Of a stretch of 64,000 bases of DNA, positions 33,212 through 42,510 are shown in pieces. Both the position numbers and the translations under genes were made by a program. The stretch spans positions 1,054,001 to 1,118,000 of the forward strand of contig CDRNVI010000030.1 of assembly GCA_977017575.1 (NCBI GenBank). The letters run 5' to 3'. Origin of the DNA: Paramoeba atlantica (Eukaryota; Protista; Discosea). The stretch's first letter is position 1. Each line of letters starts with the position of its first letter. Under the pieces are notes generated by a model that was not told the DNA's origin, made no database searches, and saw only the letters and a program-made list of their open reading frames with translations.

Positions 33212-36200
33212 TTACAGCATATGATACAATACGAGTAGAACGAAAACGCATACTGTAATGCAAAACACCATATAGGGGATGTTTCCGAACAAACGTAAGT
33301 GATCATGAAGTCCGATAAGGAGTGATGCAAAAGCTTCATGTAGTAAATCAGAATATGACTTGCTGTGTATTTTACTGAAAGGAGATGTCGCTTTCTCCTG
33401 TGAGTGGCGATTTATTTGTTTCTGATGAATATGTGAAACCTGATTTGCTTTTTCGTCGACAATATCTGAAGTTGTTCGTTTGTGAGCAGTTTCGCTCTGC
33501 TCAAAGCTTTCCATTGCTTCGCAGACCATAGGAGTCTTGAATTCTTCAGTGTCGTTTAGAGATTCCGCATACCGCTTCTGTTCTAAAGAGCTTAAATCGC
33601 GACGAATTGACTCTAGATCCTGCTGCTTGCGGAGATGCGAATCTTTCGATATTTGAAAACTCTTTTCTAGAATTTGAAAGTGCGCTTGATCCTCCGAATT
33701 TGAAAATTCATCTAGCTTTAGAATACTCTGCGCACGCTCATATTGTTGACGATGAAGCTCATGTTGTGCGAAGGCTAGTCGCTCTTCATCATAGGCCCTG
33801 TCCAACGCTTCTTGTTTGTGAACAACGTCATGTTCGAAAGCATAGAATGAGTTATCCTCTGAAGTACCATTTGATGTATTCAACACTTCATTCAAAGTTG
33901 GGTCTACTCCTCCTTGAGCAGCAGGGACTGCCAAACTTTTCTGCGCCGCAGTGTTGGAAGTGGAACGGGACCGAGAGTACTCCGTATTGTTAAGGTCTCG
34001 AATGTAAAATACTGAGCGTGATGGAGGGCCTGTAATGCCTAATAGTCGATCAAATCCATCACGCGTGAGGCCGAACTGTTGCGAAAAGTGGATAAGCCTC
34101 TTTTCCAATCTTTTTAGATTTCGACAAGTTCGGGCTCCATGATCAGTTTCGCCGCAACACAAACAAAAATGAAAACCCGCCGGGACGTGCCTTTCCGAAA
34201 GAGCACACATGTTGTCAGCCTTGTTGAAATAGAGGCAAGGGTAGCCTTGAGGATGCTTACGACGTTGCCAATTGAATGTGTGTGGCTTTAAAAACCTTAC
34301 CCAATGCGCTGCAGTTAATATGGCCCATAGACGAGGCACGTCTCGAAACGACGTCTTGTACCAATGACGTGTCATTACCGTCTCAGCGCAACTTTGAGCA
34401 TCATCACTAGAGGTCACAAACCAAAGACTGCGAAGATCATCTTCCGAAGTCACAAACACGTCGTAAAATCGAGTTCTAGAAATCGAAATCACTTTTTGGA
34501 CTTCATCTAACATAAAATTTCTGCGAAAAGATGATTCATCACTTTCTTCGCCCGCACCTGAATCATCACTAATAGTATTCTTTGATGTCGATGGTGTTAT
34601 GTCGGCATTCCTTTTTGTCACTGCTATCGTAACAGAGATAGAAAAACGATCATTTATTTTTTCCGTCCCAAAGATTTCCGCTACAGCGGCTACCGATGTT
34701 CCCAGATCGTGCGCGAATTGTTGTATTGCACTCCGCAAGCCTTTCATTGTGGAACAGTTTGCCGCATCGTGGTGAGAATGCCCACAGCAAAGACAAAAAT
34801 GTTTATTCTGAATATGTTGAACATTCTTGTTAACACAGTTTCCCGTGTTGTAAGCGAAGCAAGGAGTTTCTGATATGGAGTAGTCCAATTTCACCCAAAA
34901 CGGCGTAACAACAGACTCTGTCCATACAGCAGCCAGGAGGGTCCAAAAGAACGGCATAGATGACGGACATTCTCTTAACAATGCGAAAGCCTTCTTTCTC
35001 AATCTCGAATTGTTCCCCATTTTCCAAATATCGCGCAATTTTAAGTTTGATGCAACAAAATTTTGGTAGATGTCTTGTTTAGAGGCAGTTAGTCGAGTTT
35101 TCGAAAGTGAAGGATGTTTATCCATATCTTTCATAAGAAAAACATCTCGAAATCTGTTTAACGGTGTAAGGCGAGAAGCCGGAGAGCATGATCTCGTGCG
35201 CGCTGAAGGCTGTGCCCGATGATTTTCTACGCTCTCAGATGATGACACATTATTAATCACCTGGCTTTTAGTATTTCCGTGCGCGTGAAGTGGCATGGCA
35301 GTTTCGTTTAATAGCACCACGATTGTTGGAGGAGGTTCACTTTCTTGCAACCCGAAGAATTGCATGAGAGTCTCTTCAGATACTTTCAAAAGGACCCCTA
35401 AGTCACGCAGAAGACGTTCCAATTTGTTTAGACTTGGACAAATATGAGCACCGTGATCACCACGGCCACAGCACAAACAAAAATGAAAGCCCTGTGTTTC
35501 GTGATCTTCGTTGCGGTTGCACTTATACTTCTCCAGATTGAAGAATAAACACGGACTCTGGTGAATCTTTTTGACGAGCTGCCACGTAAATAATTCTTGA
35601 ATGTTCGACCTTCCTTTAGTACGGTGCATAGTGGTGAGCAGAGCCCAGTGAAATGGTGCTTGTAGTCCTGTCAGAGACCAGTGATGAGTCACACGTGTCA
35701 TGGCTCGTGATCGGATGGATTCGTTAGATCCCATGCTCCATAGCTCCACAAGCGTTGCGTCTCCATGTTCAATGAAAGTGTGATAGAAATCATCATGTTG
35801 CATCGTGACCCGGGGATACACGGCTTCTAAGGTATCATCCTTACGAATTTCATGTGGCAATACTTTTTCTTCGAGATGTACCGCCTTATGGGCCATATCA
35901 TTGTACATTTCGCCTTGATGTTCCAGGAAATTTTCATCCAATATATACATTTCTTTCTGGGCATTGGTAGACATTTCGATCGCAGTTGGTACGATTTCCT
36001 GCTTCGCTGGAGACGATATAAAAGCAAATGGTTTGTTTTCATGACGAGTGTGTGGCTCAGTGACGTCATCAGGAAGAAGTTCCAGCCAAGAACCAGCAAT
36101 GTGACTCGCAAGCGAGATCGTGTCCGGGGATGGCGGCACCAAGTGTACTTTTAAAAACGGAGAATTACTCAAGGGTCGTTTTTCATGAAACTCAGAGTGA

Positions 36201-37189
36201 TTGGCATCACTCTCAAGAAATTCAGAGTATCCCGTACCTTGTTTCCGGAATTCTGAAGATGTGTACATTGCGAGATCCCGAAACTCGTCCACATTGGTTG
36301 CATTCATTTCATCGTGAATTCTATCTCCTTGTGAGGGTATGTACCGATTTCGATTTCTTCTACGTTGGGCGTTTGCAGTTTCGTACGGCATCGGTGTGCC
36401 TTCCAGACGTGCATTGCTTTCGGCTTCCTGATTTTCTAGTGCATAGTACTCACCATAGGGCGCACTAGCGGAATTTTCAAATCCGGGTGTCATACCGCGA
36501 CGAGCTCGAAACACTCTTCCTGCGTCATATTCTGACGTAGATGGGGGGTACGGAACACGACGACCTCGCATCATCGAGCCATGAAGAGAGCCACGATGGA
36601 CAGGTGAAATCGAAACGTCAGGTGAAATCGGAGGAGGGAGAGGGTAAGGAACATCCATCGGGTGGCCCATTCCCCCGCGGTCCATTCGTCCGCGCGTGTT
36701 CCTGCCACGGCGAGAAAAGTGGGGGACCGGGTCGCGTCCTAGAGCGCCTGGCATGGGGTACCCGTGCTCGGTAAATCCTGGCGGGGGATAAAACGACGGG
36801 GGGACAAGACCGTAGGGTCCACTGTCAGGGTGCTGTGGGGAGGGTAGAAAAGGGGGAAGAAAGTCGGAGTCGTGCTCCATTTCCGGAGCAAAGGGCATGC
36901 CACCACCGCGTTGAGTCCTGCGGGAAATCCTACCCTCTCGAGGGCGCGAGTGTGTCAGTCGTTGTGGCCCACTTCGAGAGGTATGTCTGTCACCCCGACG
37001 TCTCGGCTCAGGTCGATCGGAATCGTGTTGCCTGTCACTGGGAATCTCGGTGTGTGGTTCTTTTGCAAGGTCCTTCGATGTAACACGTTTAAGAACCCGT
37101 ATGGGTGGAGTGCGTTCCTCAGGCCGCTTCGCAGAGCCCGTCATGTCGGCGCAAGTTAATTCTTTGTGACTGGGGCTTTCTGAGGTCAT
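33212..37189 (-). CDS. 1325-aa paralog: Pro/Arg-rich disordered N-terminus, three copies of the same module, coiled coil and predicted C-terminal tail anchor
   Basis: Uninterrupted ORF. Modules at ~35340-35790, ~34665-35080 and ~34035-34480. Ends in hydrophobic YMVFCITVCVFVLLVLYHML. Confidence 0.88.
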   Translation of the reverse strand: MTSESPSHKELTCADMTGSAKRPEERTPPIRVLKRVTSKDLAKEPHTEIPSDRQHDSDRPEPRRRGDRHTSRSGPQRLTHSRPREGRISRRTQRGGGMPFAPEMEHDSDFLPPFLPSPQHPDSGPYGLVPPSFYPPPGFTEHGYPMPGALGRDPVPHFSRRGRNTRGRMDRGGMGHPMDVPYPLPPPISPDVSISPVHRGSLHGSMMRGRRVPYPPSTSEYDAGRVFRARRGMTPGFENSASAPYGEYYALENQEAESNARLEGTPMPYETANAQRRRNRNRYIPSQGDRIHDEMNATNVDEFRDLAMYTSSEFRKQGTGYSEFLESDANHSEFHEKRPLSNSPFLKVHLVPPSPDTISLASHIAGSWLELLPDDVTEPHTRHENKPFAFISSPAKQEIVPTAIEMSTNAQKEMYILDENFLEHQGEMYNDMAHKAVHLEEKVLPHEIRKDDTLEAVYPRVTMQHDDFYHTFIEHGDATLVELWSMGSNESIRSRAMTRVTHHWSLTGLQAPFHWALLTTMHRTKGRSNIQELFTWQLVKKIHQSPCLFFNLEKYKCNRNEDHETQGFHFCLCCGRGDHGAHICPSLNKLERLLRDLGVLLKVSEETLMQFFGLQESEPPPTIVVLLNETAMPLHAHGNTKSQVINNVSSSESVENHRAQPSARTRSCSPASRLTPLNRFRDVFLMKDMDKHPSLSKTRLTASKQDIYQNFVASNLKLRDIWKMGNNSRLRKKAFALLRECPSSMPFFWTLLAAVWTESVVTPFWVKLDYSISETPCFAYNTGNCVNKNVQHIQNKHFCLCCGHSHHDAANCSTMKGLRSAIQQFAHDLGTSVAAVAEIFGTEKINDRFSISVTIAVTKRNADITPSTSKNTISDDSGAGEESDESSFRRNFMLDEVQKVISISRTRFYDVFVTSEDDLRSLWFVTSSDDAQSCAETVMTRHWYKTSFRDVPRLWAILTAAHWVRFLKPHTFNWQRRKHPQGYPCLYFNKADNMCALSERHVPAGFHFCLCCGETDHGARTCRNLKRLEKRLIHFSQQFGLTRDGFDRLLGITGPPSRSVFYIRDLNNTEYSRSRSTSNTAAQKSLAVPAAQGGVDPTLNEVLNTSNGTSEDNSFYAFEHDVVHKQEALDRAYDEERLAFAQHELHRQQYERAQSILKLDEFSNSEDQAHFQILEKSFQISKDSHLRKQQDLESIRRDLSSLEQKRYAESLNDTEEFKTPMVCEAMESFEQSETAHKRTTSDIVDEKANQVSHIHQKQINRHSQEKATSPFSKIHSKSYSDLLHEAFASLLIGLHDHLRLFGNIPYMVFCITVCVFVLLVLYHML

Positions 37190-38435
37190 GACATAAAATC
37201 ACCGATACGCGTAAAGATTCTGATAAGAAACTAGAACACAAAAGGCAAATTATTGATAGAAGAATATGTTTTGATAACTTTTGCATGTCTATGTGCATGC
37301 GTGTAATACAACGTGCGTGCATGTATATCAATAGTGCATCTTACAAAAAGGTAGGACATTTCGTGATGCGCAACAGGAAGAATAGAGAACACATAAATTT
37401 CATAAATAGAGAACAACTGAAAACTCGCTGATAAGACACTTTTTCCTATACACCCCCATATAACGATCATATCGATCGTGCAAATCCGTTTAATCAAGAT
37501 AATGTGAAAACACAAACATGCGCTAACGTTACGAAGCTAGAAAATACACAGCAAGAAAGAATAGCAAACCTAAATAGTTCATATAGGAAAACTAGAGAGG
37601 AATGTGGCGCGAGATTAAAGCCCTACGAAAGAAAAATCAGACTCAAAAGATATAAGGTTGAGAGCGAGTGATACGAAATGCAAAAAATAACACAACTACT
37701 CACAAAAGTGACGGTGTTGCATAAAAAGTGCGAGACGTGCAATATAGCTTATATTGGCTTTCGCAATATAACATCGGAAAAGGTCTGTATAACATCGAAA
37801 AAAAATGGAAGTATCGAGGCTCGTTGAGAACCAAATCAAACAATCGAGTAACGAAATAACTCACTCCAGAAAAAGAAAGTGCATAGAATAGACGTTTAAA
37901 AAATATGGTTCATAGAAAACTATAGCAAACTGGGAGAACATTTAACTTTTTTATACGAAATCGAAATTTATAAAAAATTAGCAGAATTATTATAAAAAAT
38001 TGTAAGAAAACCGCCTCGACTCGAAAACCATCTTTGAGATAAACAAATTTGGAGAGCCGAATTTAAGGACCACACAATCAAGAACTTGCTACTCAAAATA
38101 ACATAAAGTTCATAACACCTTATTGAAAGGCTAAATCATTTACTTAACCCCATACTCTTAAAATTCCGTCACACACAACAGACGACATGCGTACCTTATC
38201 TAGCTGACCCTTTCAATCTTCTCCACGTCACGTTGTTCTATCCTGCTTTATCTCTCCTTCCAAACTTCCTCCAAACTCCTTTCTTTCTCAAACACAAGAT
38301 TTACATCGTAGACCCAAAAAAACCCTGAGGCAAAGTCCCATCCTAAACCCCAATTTAAAACGACCCTACTACCATAGTACTGTACTCGTCAATACAATAC
38401 CCCCTTTGTCCCCCCCACCCCCTCTCCCCCCCGCC

Positions 38436-39116
38436 TCACCCCCGGGACTGCACCATCAGCGTCGCCCCGTCCTCCGTCATGTGCCCGTTCATCTCCGCCA
38501 CCGCCGCGTCGGCCTCCGCCTTGGAGGCGTAGTGCACGAAGGCGTACCGCCCCCGGGCGGGGTTGCGCCCCTCCCGCGGGCCGTCCACCCGGGTGACCGC
38601 CCCGAACGGCGCGAACAGCCCGTGCACGGTGCTCTCCGACATCGCGTGCGGGAGGCCCGCGACGTAGACCGTCGTGGGGTCGGGGTCCGAGGCCCGGGGG
38701 CGCTTGTTGTAGCCGTAGTCCACGGCCCCGGGGTAGGGGGCGGGGCTGCCCCCGGGGTAGGGGGGCGGGGGAACGGCACGGGGGTAGGGGGAGGGGAGGG
38801 GAGCCCCCCGGGGGAGGGCGGGGGTGGCGGGGATACTTTGTGCCATCATGCGGTCGTCCAGTTCGACGGGGCTTACGGTGACGGTGAGGGGGGTGTTGAC
38901 GAAGCCCACGCAGTAGGGTTGGTTGGAGAGGAATTGGAGTACCCGGGAGGCGTTCTCGATGCGGTCGAATCGGGCGTAGCCGGTGCATCCGACGCCTGTG
39001 GGACTGGGTAGCAGGGCGGCGTTGACGAAACCGTTGGCGAAACGAAAGAAGGTGGAGAATTCACGGGGGGTGATGTCAACGGGTAAGCCGGTAACGACGA
39101 GGGTGGCAGAAGCCAT
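38436..39116 (-). CDS. RNA-binding protein with two RRM domains (first RRM RBPMS-like)
   Basis: RRM1 TLVVTGLP...TGYARF; RRM2 TVYVAGLP...RYAFVHY, with RNP2/RNP1 motifs; Pro/Tyr-rich linker. Confidence 0.9.
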   Translation of the reverse strand: MASATLVVTGLPVDITPREFSTFFRFANGFVNAALLPSPTGVGCTGYARFDRIENASRVLQFLSNQPYCVGFVNTPLTVTVSPVELDDRMMAQSIPATPALPRGAPLPSPYPRAVPPPPYPGGSPAPYPGAVDYGYNKRPRASDPDPTTVYVAGLPHAMSESTVHGLFAPFGAVTRVDGPREGRNPARGRYAFVHYASKAEADAAVAEMNGHMTEDGATLMVQSRG

Positions 39117-39307
39117 GTAGACGGAGTGATAAAGGTAGAAAAGTGCGTAGAAGTTTGTAAAGTTTATGAGTTTGGATGAAAAGAGTCGAATAAAGATGAA
39201 GGGTAAAATCCAATTATGAGGTGAAGCACAATTATGAGTGAATTCATCCGAAATACGATGATATTCTGGTATTCCGGAAAGATTGAGCTCCGTCGTACGT
39301 GGTCTTG

Positions 39308-40345
39308 CTAGGATTTGAGATGCTCACCCGGTTCACAGGTCTCCAACAAATGGTACATGCGCCGCAAAGTTTGATTGGCACCACGATTGTAGCGTTGAGC
39401 AAAGCCTTCTACAGCCTCGACAACGTCTACCTTTGGGCCCAGGCCCTGCTCATGCATCGTCTGGCGCAGCTGAACTCCTCGGAGGGCTTCATCCTCTTCA
39501 TCACTCCACGGTTTACTGGAGTCCCACTTTGTGACATCGATCACGGCATGACTGGTGGGATCCTTGCAGTGAGGGCAGCACTCACACCCGGTTTCATCTC
39601 GAATCGAAGGTAGTCGCATAGTTCCGTACCCGGTGCAACTGTGAGTAAATATCGGAACTCCTTCTACGTGACACAGGTGCGTATGATGACGGGGTGAGGT
39701 CCAAGACAGGGCATCGCGTTCGGTTTCCCAGTGGGCATCCTCCAGAGCGTAAGACAATATTCTCTCGTAGCCGGAGTGAGATTTTCCGAATAAGCCCCCA
39801 GCGAGCGCCTCTGGGGTAGTATCGTATTCCAGACACCATAGCATAATACGTGGAACATCCACGCGAATACGTGAACATGTATTGTATTTCTGATCGTGAC
39901 AGATAAGAAGAATTCGGGCGTCTTTTGATGCTGGATAGTTGTCCAAAACTTTCTGAAATTCTATAGCTTCTGCAACCTCTTCTAAAGGATTTTCCGATAT
40001 TATGGTTCTCACGAATAATAGCGGCTGTATAGGACCTTCAAGCAGGGCTTTGTACCTTGAGAAGCGTTGCAAATAATCGTTTTGAATTTTTGGATTGCTT
40101 ATGTCGAAATGAGTAAAACATGTGTGCTTACCACGAAAAAGTAACCATATGCCAACTGGGTCTGCCACTGCAGGTTCTGGAAAAAAGTCCGAAAGATTGG
40201 AGCGGCGCGTATATTGAGTTATTGCGTCGAATGAGCAACGAACAAATTCATATGGGGAGAGTGAATCATCTGTCTTCCGCAGCGCAAGTTTCGATATGGC
40301 AAGCGAGGGTCCGCACCACCCGCCTATACAGACAAGACGTCGCAT
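39308..40345 (-). CDS. Putative papain-like cysteine peptidase (DUF1796-like) with a C-terminal Myb/SANT-like segment
   Basis: N-terminal LVCIGGWCGPSLAISKLALR...SPYEFVR matches the DUF1796 pattern (SLGxxCxxA...LR...PFDW). C-terminal KPWSDEEDEALR...RGANQTLRR resembles a Myb repeat. Confidence 0.65.
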   Translation of the reverse strand: MRRLVCIGGWCGPSLAISKLALRKTDDSLSPYEFVRCSFDAITQYTRRSNLSDFFPEPAVADPVGIWLLFRGKHTCFTHFDISNPKIQNDYLQRFSRYKALLEGPIQPLLFVRTIISENPLEEVAEAIEFQKVLDNYPASKDARILLICHDQKYNTCSRIRVDVPRIMLWCLEYDTTPEALAGGLFGKSHSGYERILSYALEDAHWETERDALSWTSPRHHTHLCHVEGVPIFTHSCTGYGTMRLPSIRDETGCECCPHCKDPTSHAVIDVTKWDSSKPWSDEEDEALRGVQLRQTMHEQGLGPKVDVVEAVEGFAQRYNRGANQTLRRMYHLLETCEPGEHLKS

Positions 40346-40450
40346 GTGCCCAAAGGCAATTTACAAAACGATAGTATAATGAACGATTGAATACATTAAC
40401 TTGCACGCATGACTCCATACAGAGCTGTTATTTGAGAATTTTTATTGAGG

Positions 40451-40503
40451 GAGATACGGAGTATGTAACTCGTTGTAACAGCGAGTTACATACTCCGTAT
40501 CTC
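40451..40503. repeat. Near-perfect 53-bp palindrome
   Basis: gagatacggagtatgtaactcg (40451-40472) is the exact reverse complement of 40482-40503; the 9-bp centre is itself partly self-complementary. Confidence 0.95.
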
Positions 40504-40599
40504 ATCCTGTATAGGGTAAATTCAAAATTGTAAACAATAACACGAAATGAACGGCACAGGTGTGCGCCCGAAATTACAAAGCGCACTCGTACCATATAT

Positions 40600-40732
40600 A
40601 GATGTAGCAGATTCCCACTGAAAAGAAATCGTATCTCCCTGCACGAGAAATGCTTACCTATGCGCTTGCTAGCTTGGAGCCAACTTCGTGCAGGGAGATA
40701 CGATTTCTTTTCAGTGGGAATCTGCTACATCT
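40600..40732. repeat. Perfect 47-bp inverted repeat with a 39-bp spacer
   Basis: agatgtagcagattcccactgaaaagaaatcgtatctccctgcacga (40600-40646) is the exact reverse complement of 40686-40732. Confidence 0.95.
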
Positions 40733-40835
40733 GTTGCTTCGTATCTCCCTCTCCCCTTTATACCTGGATTCTACAAAAACAGTTTTGTCTTATCAATCAG
40801 TAAAATCAATCAGTTTCGTCTTAAACTTCGTAAAA

Positions 40836-40875
40836 CGTTAGATGGTACCAATGGTTCGTTAGATGGTACCAATGT
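40836..40875. repeat. Two direct copies of an 18-mer at 22-bp period, just left of the 27-bp array
   Basis: cgttagatggtaccaatg at 40836-40853 and 40858-40875. Confidence 0.9.
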
Positions 40876-40892
40876 TCACGATCAGTGGCAAA

Positions 40893-41335
40893 CACCCTAA
40901 GAAAAAGGCCACCCTCTGAAAAAGGGGCCACCTGGCCACACCCTGAAAAACTGGCCACCTGACCACCCTAAGAAAAAGTGGCCACCTGGCCACACCCTGA
41001 AAAAGTCGCCACCTGGCTACACCCTGAAAAAGGGGCCACCTGGCCGCACCCTGAAAAAGTGGCCCCCTGGTCGCCTTGTGAAAGAGTGGCCACCTGACCA
41101 CCCTCAGAAAGATGGGCCACCTGACCACCCTCTGAAAAAGTGGCCACCTGGCCACCCTCTGAAAAAGTGTCTACCCGGCCACCCTAAAAAAAAGTGGCCA
41201 CCTGGTCGCCCTGTGAAAGAGTGGCCACCTAGCCACCCTCAGAAAGAGGGGCCAGCTGGCTACACCCTGAAAAACTGGCCACCTGGCCACTCCCCGAAAA
41301 AGTGGCCAGCTGGCCACCCACTGAAAAAGTGACCA
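40893..41335. repeat. Tandem array of ~16 diverged 27-bp units (consensus AAAAAGTGGCCACCTGGCCACACCCTG)
   Basis: Read directly. Units differ by substitutions but keep the 27-bp period, with no unique spacers. Confidence 0.95.
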
Positions 41336-41760
41336 GCTGTCCTTTCGTGCAGGAGGTGGGGAGCTTGCGACTTTTTTTAGACGTCGCTATTCATCTTACG
41401 TATAAGAAACATCTTCTTCCCAACAAGTTGATTCGACGTACTCCTTGGCCTTAGGTCAAGCCATAGGTCAAGCGTACCCGGAACTTCTCTTCATGCACGG
41501 ACAGCTTCTCGATGATTCTAGACTTTAGATCGGACCGAATCGTCACACGCCTTCGATTCAAATCTCCGACAAAGCTATTCCAAATGTTTTTTAATACTGT
41601 CACCATGTCACGTTCGTCTTTAGAACTCACAGACAATCGGAACTTTTTGGGGTAGTTAATGCCTGCCCGCAAAAACTTAGTTCCGTCATCGGCCCAGCCT
41701 AAACTTTGCAGAACGCACCGAAAAAAGATTTAAATTGGCTGATAAAACGAAAATATGGCT

Positions 41761-41810
41761 ACTCATGCCAACTCATGCCAATTCATGCCAACTTGTGCCA
41801 ATTCATGCCA
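41761..41810. repeat. Five tandem 10-bp units (ACTCATGCCA-like)
   Basis: actcatgcca actcatgcca attcatgcca acttgtgcca attcatgcca. Confidence 0.9.
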
Positions 41811-41838
41811 ACCAAGACTTGCACAGTCTCCAATGCGA

Positions 41839-42510
41839 ACTGTATTTTTTAGTAGTCAGCTGGCCATTTTTCCAGGTGGTGGCCAGCTCACCATTGTGCC
41901 AGGGGGTGGCCAGCTGGCCACTTTTTCAAGGCCAAGAAAATCATACTTTTTTTTCATTCATTTGTTATGCCGTCGGCGAGTGAAATGCGTTTCAAGAAAA
42001 AGATAGTTCTGGAAGTTAGTTTAGGAGCACAAAAATATTCCCCGAACTTTGAAACAGCTGTAGTCTGTCAATTTTGGGAACATAATCAAGCATCTTCGCG
42101 TTTTTTTCGGATTTGAAATGTCCGTCTCTAAGCCGCACTCCGGGTCGCGTTTTTGGCAAAAGGGTTTGCGTATACGAAACGCAAACTGTATTTTTTGGTA
42201 GTGAGCTAGCCATTTTTACAGGTGGTGGCCAGCTCGCCACTGTGCCAGGGTGTGGCCAGCTGGCCACTTTTTCAGCGCCGAAAAAATCATACCTTTTTTT
42301 CGTTCATTTGTTATGCCGTCGGCGAGTGAAATGCGTTTCAAAAAAAAGATAGTTCTGGAAGTTAGTTCAAAAATATTCCCCAAGCTTTGATACAGCTGTA
42401 GTCTGTCAATTTTGGGAACAAATTCAAGCATCTTCGCGTTTTTTTTGGATTTGAAAATTTCCGTTTCTGAGCCGCATTCCGAGTCTCGTTTTCGGTAAAA
42501 GCGTTCTAAA
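41839..42510. repeat. Diverged tandem duplication, period 346 bp; each copy opens with inverted 27-bp-array-like units
   Basis: 41839-42184 aligns with 42185-~42510 (shared blocks such as ttcatttgttatgccgtcggcgagtgaaatgcgtttcaa and cagctgtagtctgtcaattttgggaaca). Each copy contains gtggccagctggccactttttca, the reverse complement of the array unit. Confidence 0.9.

Noticed and set aside
40859-41332. 27-bp array as a repeat protein (KKWPPGHPL on +, RWPLFQGVA on -)
   Set aside because: A unit length divisible by three keeps frames open automatically. Variation between units is largely non-synonymous in the plus frame, which has no ATG. Coding is not excluded but is unsupported.
40893-41335. 27-bp array as a CRISPR array
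   Set aside because: Units are contiguous with no unique spacers, there are no cas genes, and the context is eukaryotic.
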